From assembly GCA_965637545.1 (NCBI GenBank), contig OZ281499.1:3906001-3970000 (forward strand): 64,000 bases of DNA, written 5' to 3'. Both the position numbers and the translations under genes were made by a program. This stretch comes from Phallusia mammillata (Eukaryota). Below are positions 63,701-64,000 of this stretch, one piece after another (positions within the stretch are counted from its first letter, which is position 1; each line of letters begins with the position of its first letter). The notes under the pieces were generated by a model. That model saw only the letters and a program-made list of their open reading frames with translations, did no database searches and was not told where the DNA came from.

Positions 63701-63945
63701 AAGTTACATTTTTTGTTCAGACAAAACAAAGCAGTGTCTTTCTAATCTTACCACTGCGACTGTTCCACATTCAGTTAAAGCAAAGTCGAACTCGTAATGC
63801 TCAGAAAATTCGGTTCCCCGGCATTCAACTGGAGTTACTGATGAGTTGTCAGCCGGATAATCCCCCAAACTAATAGCTCCATTGTAAGCACATTTGTCCA
63901 CACGAATCGTCATTCGCGAGTCAGAACATGAACTTGCCATTTGCG
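60745..63945 (-). CDS. EGF+ZP family copy 4; ZP module and C-terminus only, 5' exons beyond the right edge
   Basis: ZP-N exon about 63752-63945; further exons near 63.15-63.39, 62.69-62.86, 62.34-62.47, 62.01-62.11 (contains RVKR) and 61.33-61.48 kb; terminal exon 60745-60875 (EDTTTEPYIATTISSNVPGTSLRSSWLVFGCLALYKLLVGTF*). Confidence 0.87.
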
Positions 63946-64000
63946 CTTGAAAAATAAATATTAGGTTCTTGTTCTGCGAAGAAGGGCCTTTCTACTGGTA

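Overview
AT-rich, intron-rich animal genomic DNA, most likely an invertebrate chordate such as an ascidian (inferred from alphaI-domain integrins plus short AT-rich introns; the species cannot be established). All host genes are on the minus strand, in two tandem families. (1) Two paralogous I-domain integrin alpha genes: one near-complete at about 7.9-19.6 kb, and one whose 3' part runs off the left edge. (2) Four paralogous genes for a secreted, probably GPI-anchored protein built as signal peptide - divergent 'YGG..W / CCW / NSSP / D-x-DGD' N-terminal region - EGF - ZP module. ZP copy 1 is a pseudogene with a frameshift, a deletion, a dead splice donor, a 1.8-kb triplication with a templated junction, and an intact 4.1-kb CsRn1-like Ty3/Gypsy element inserted exactly on a splice acceptor. 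Introns hold many hAT-type MITEs, a foldback repeat with a tRNA-like core, and a poly(A) retroposon fragment. The least expected signal is a family of small foldback elements whose two inverted arms each carry a type I hammerhead-ribozyme motif. The consensus across copies is a perfect hammerhead, but every individual copy here is damaged. Exon boundaries were read by eye and may be off by a few bases.
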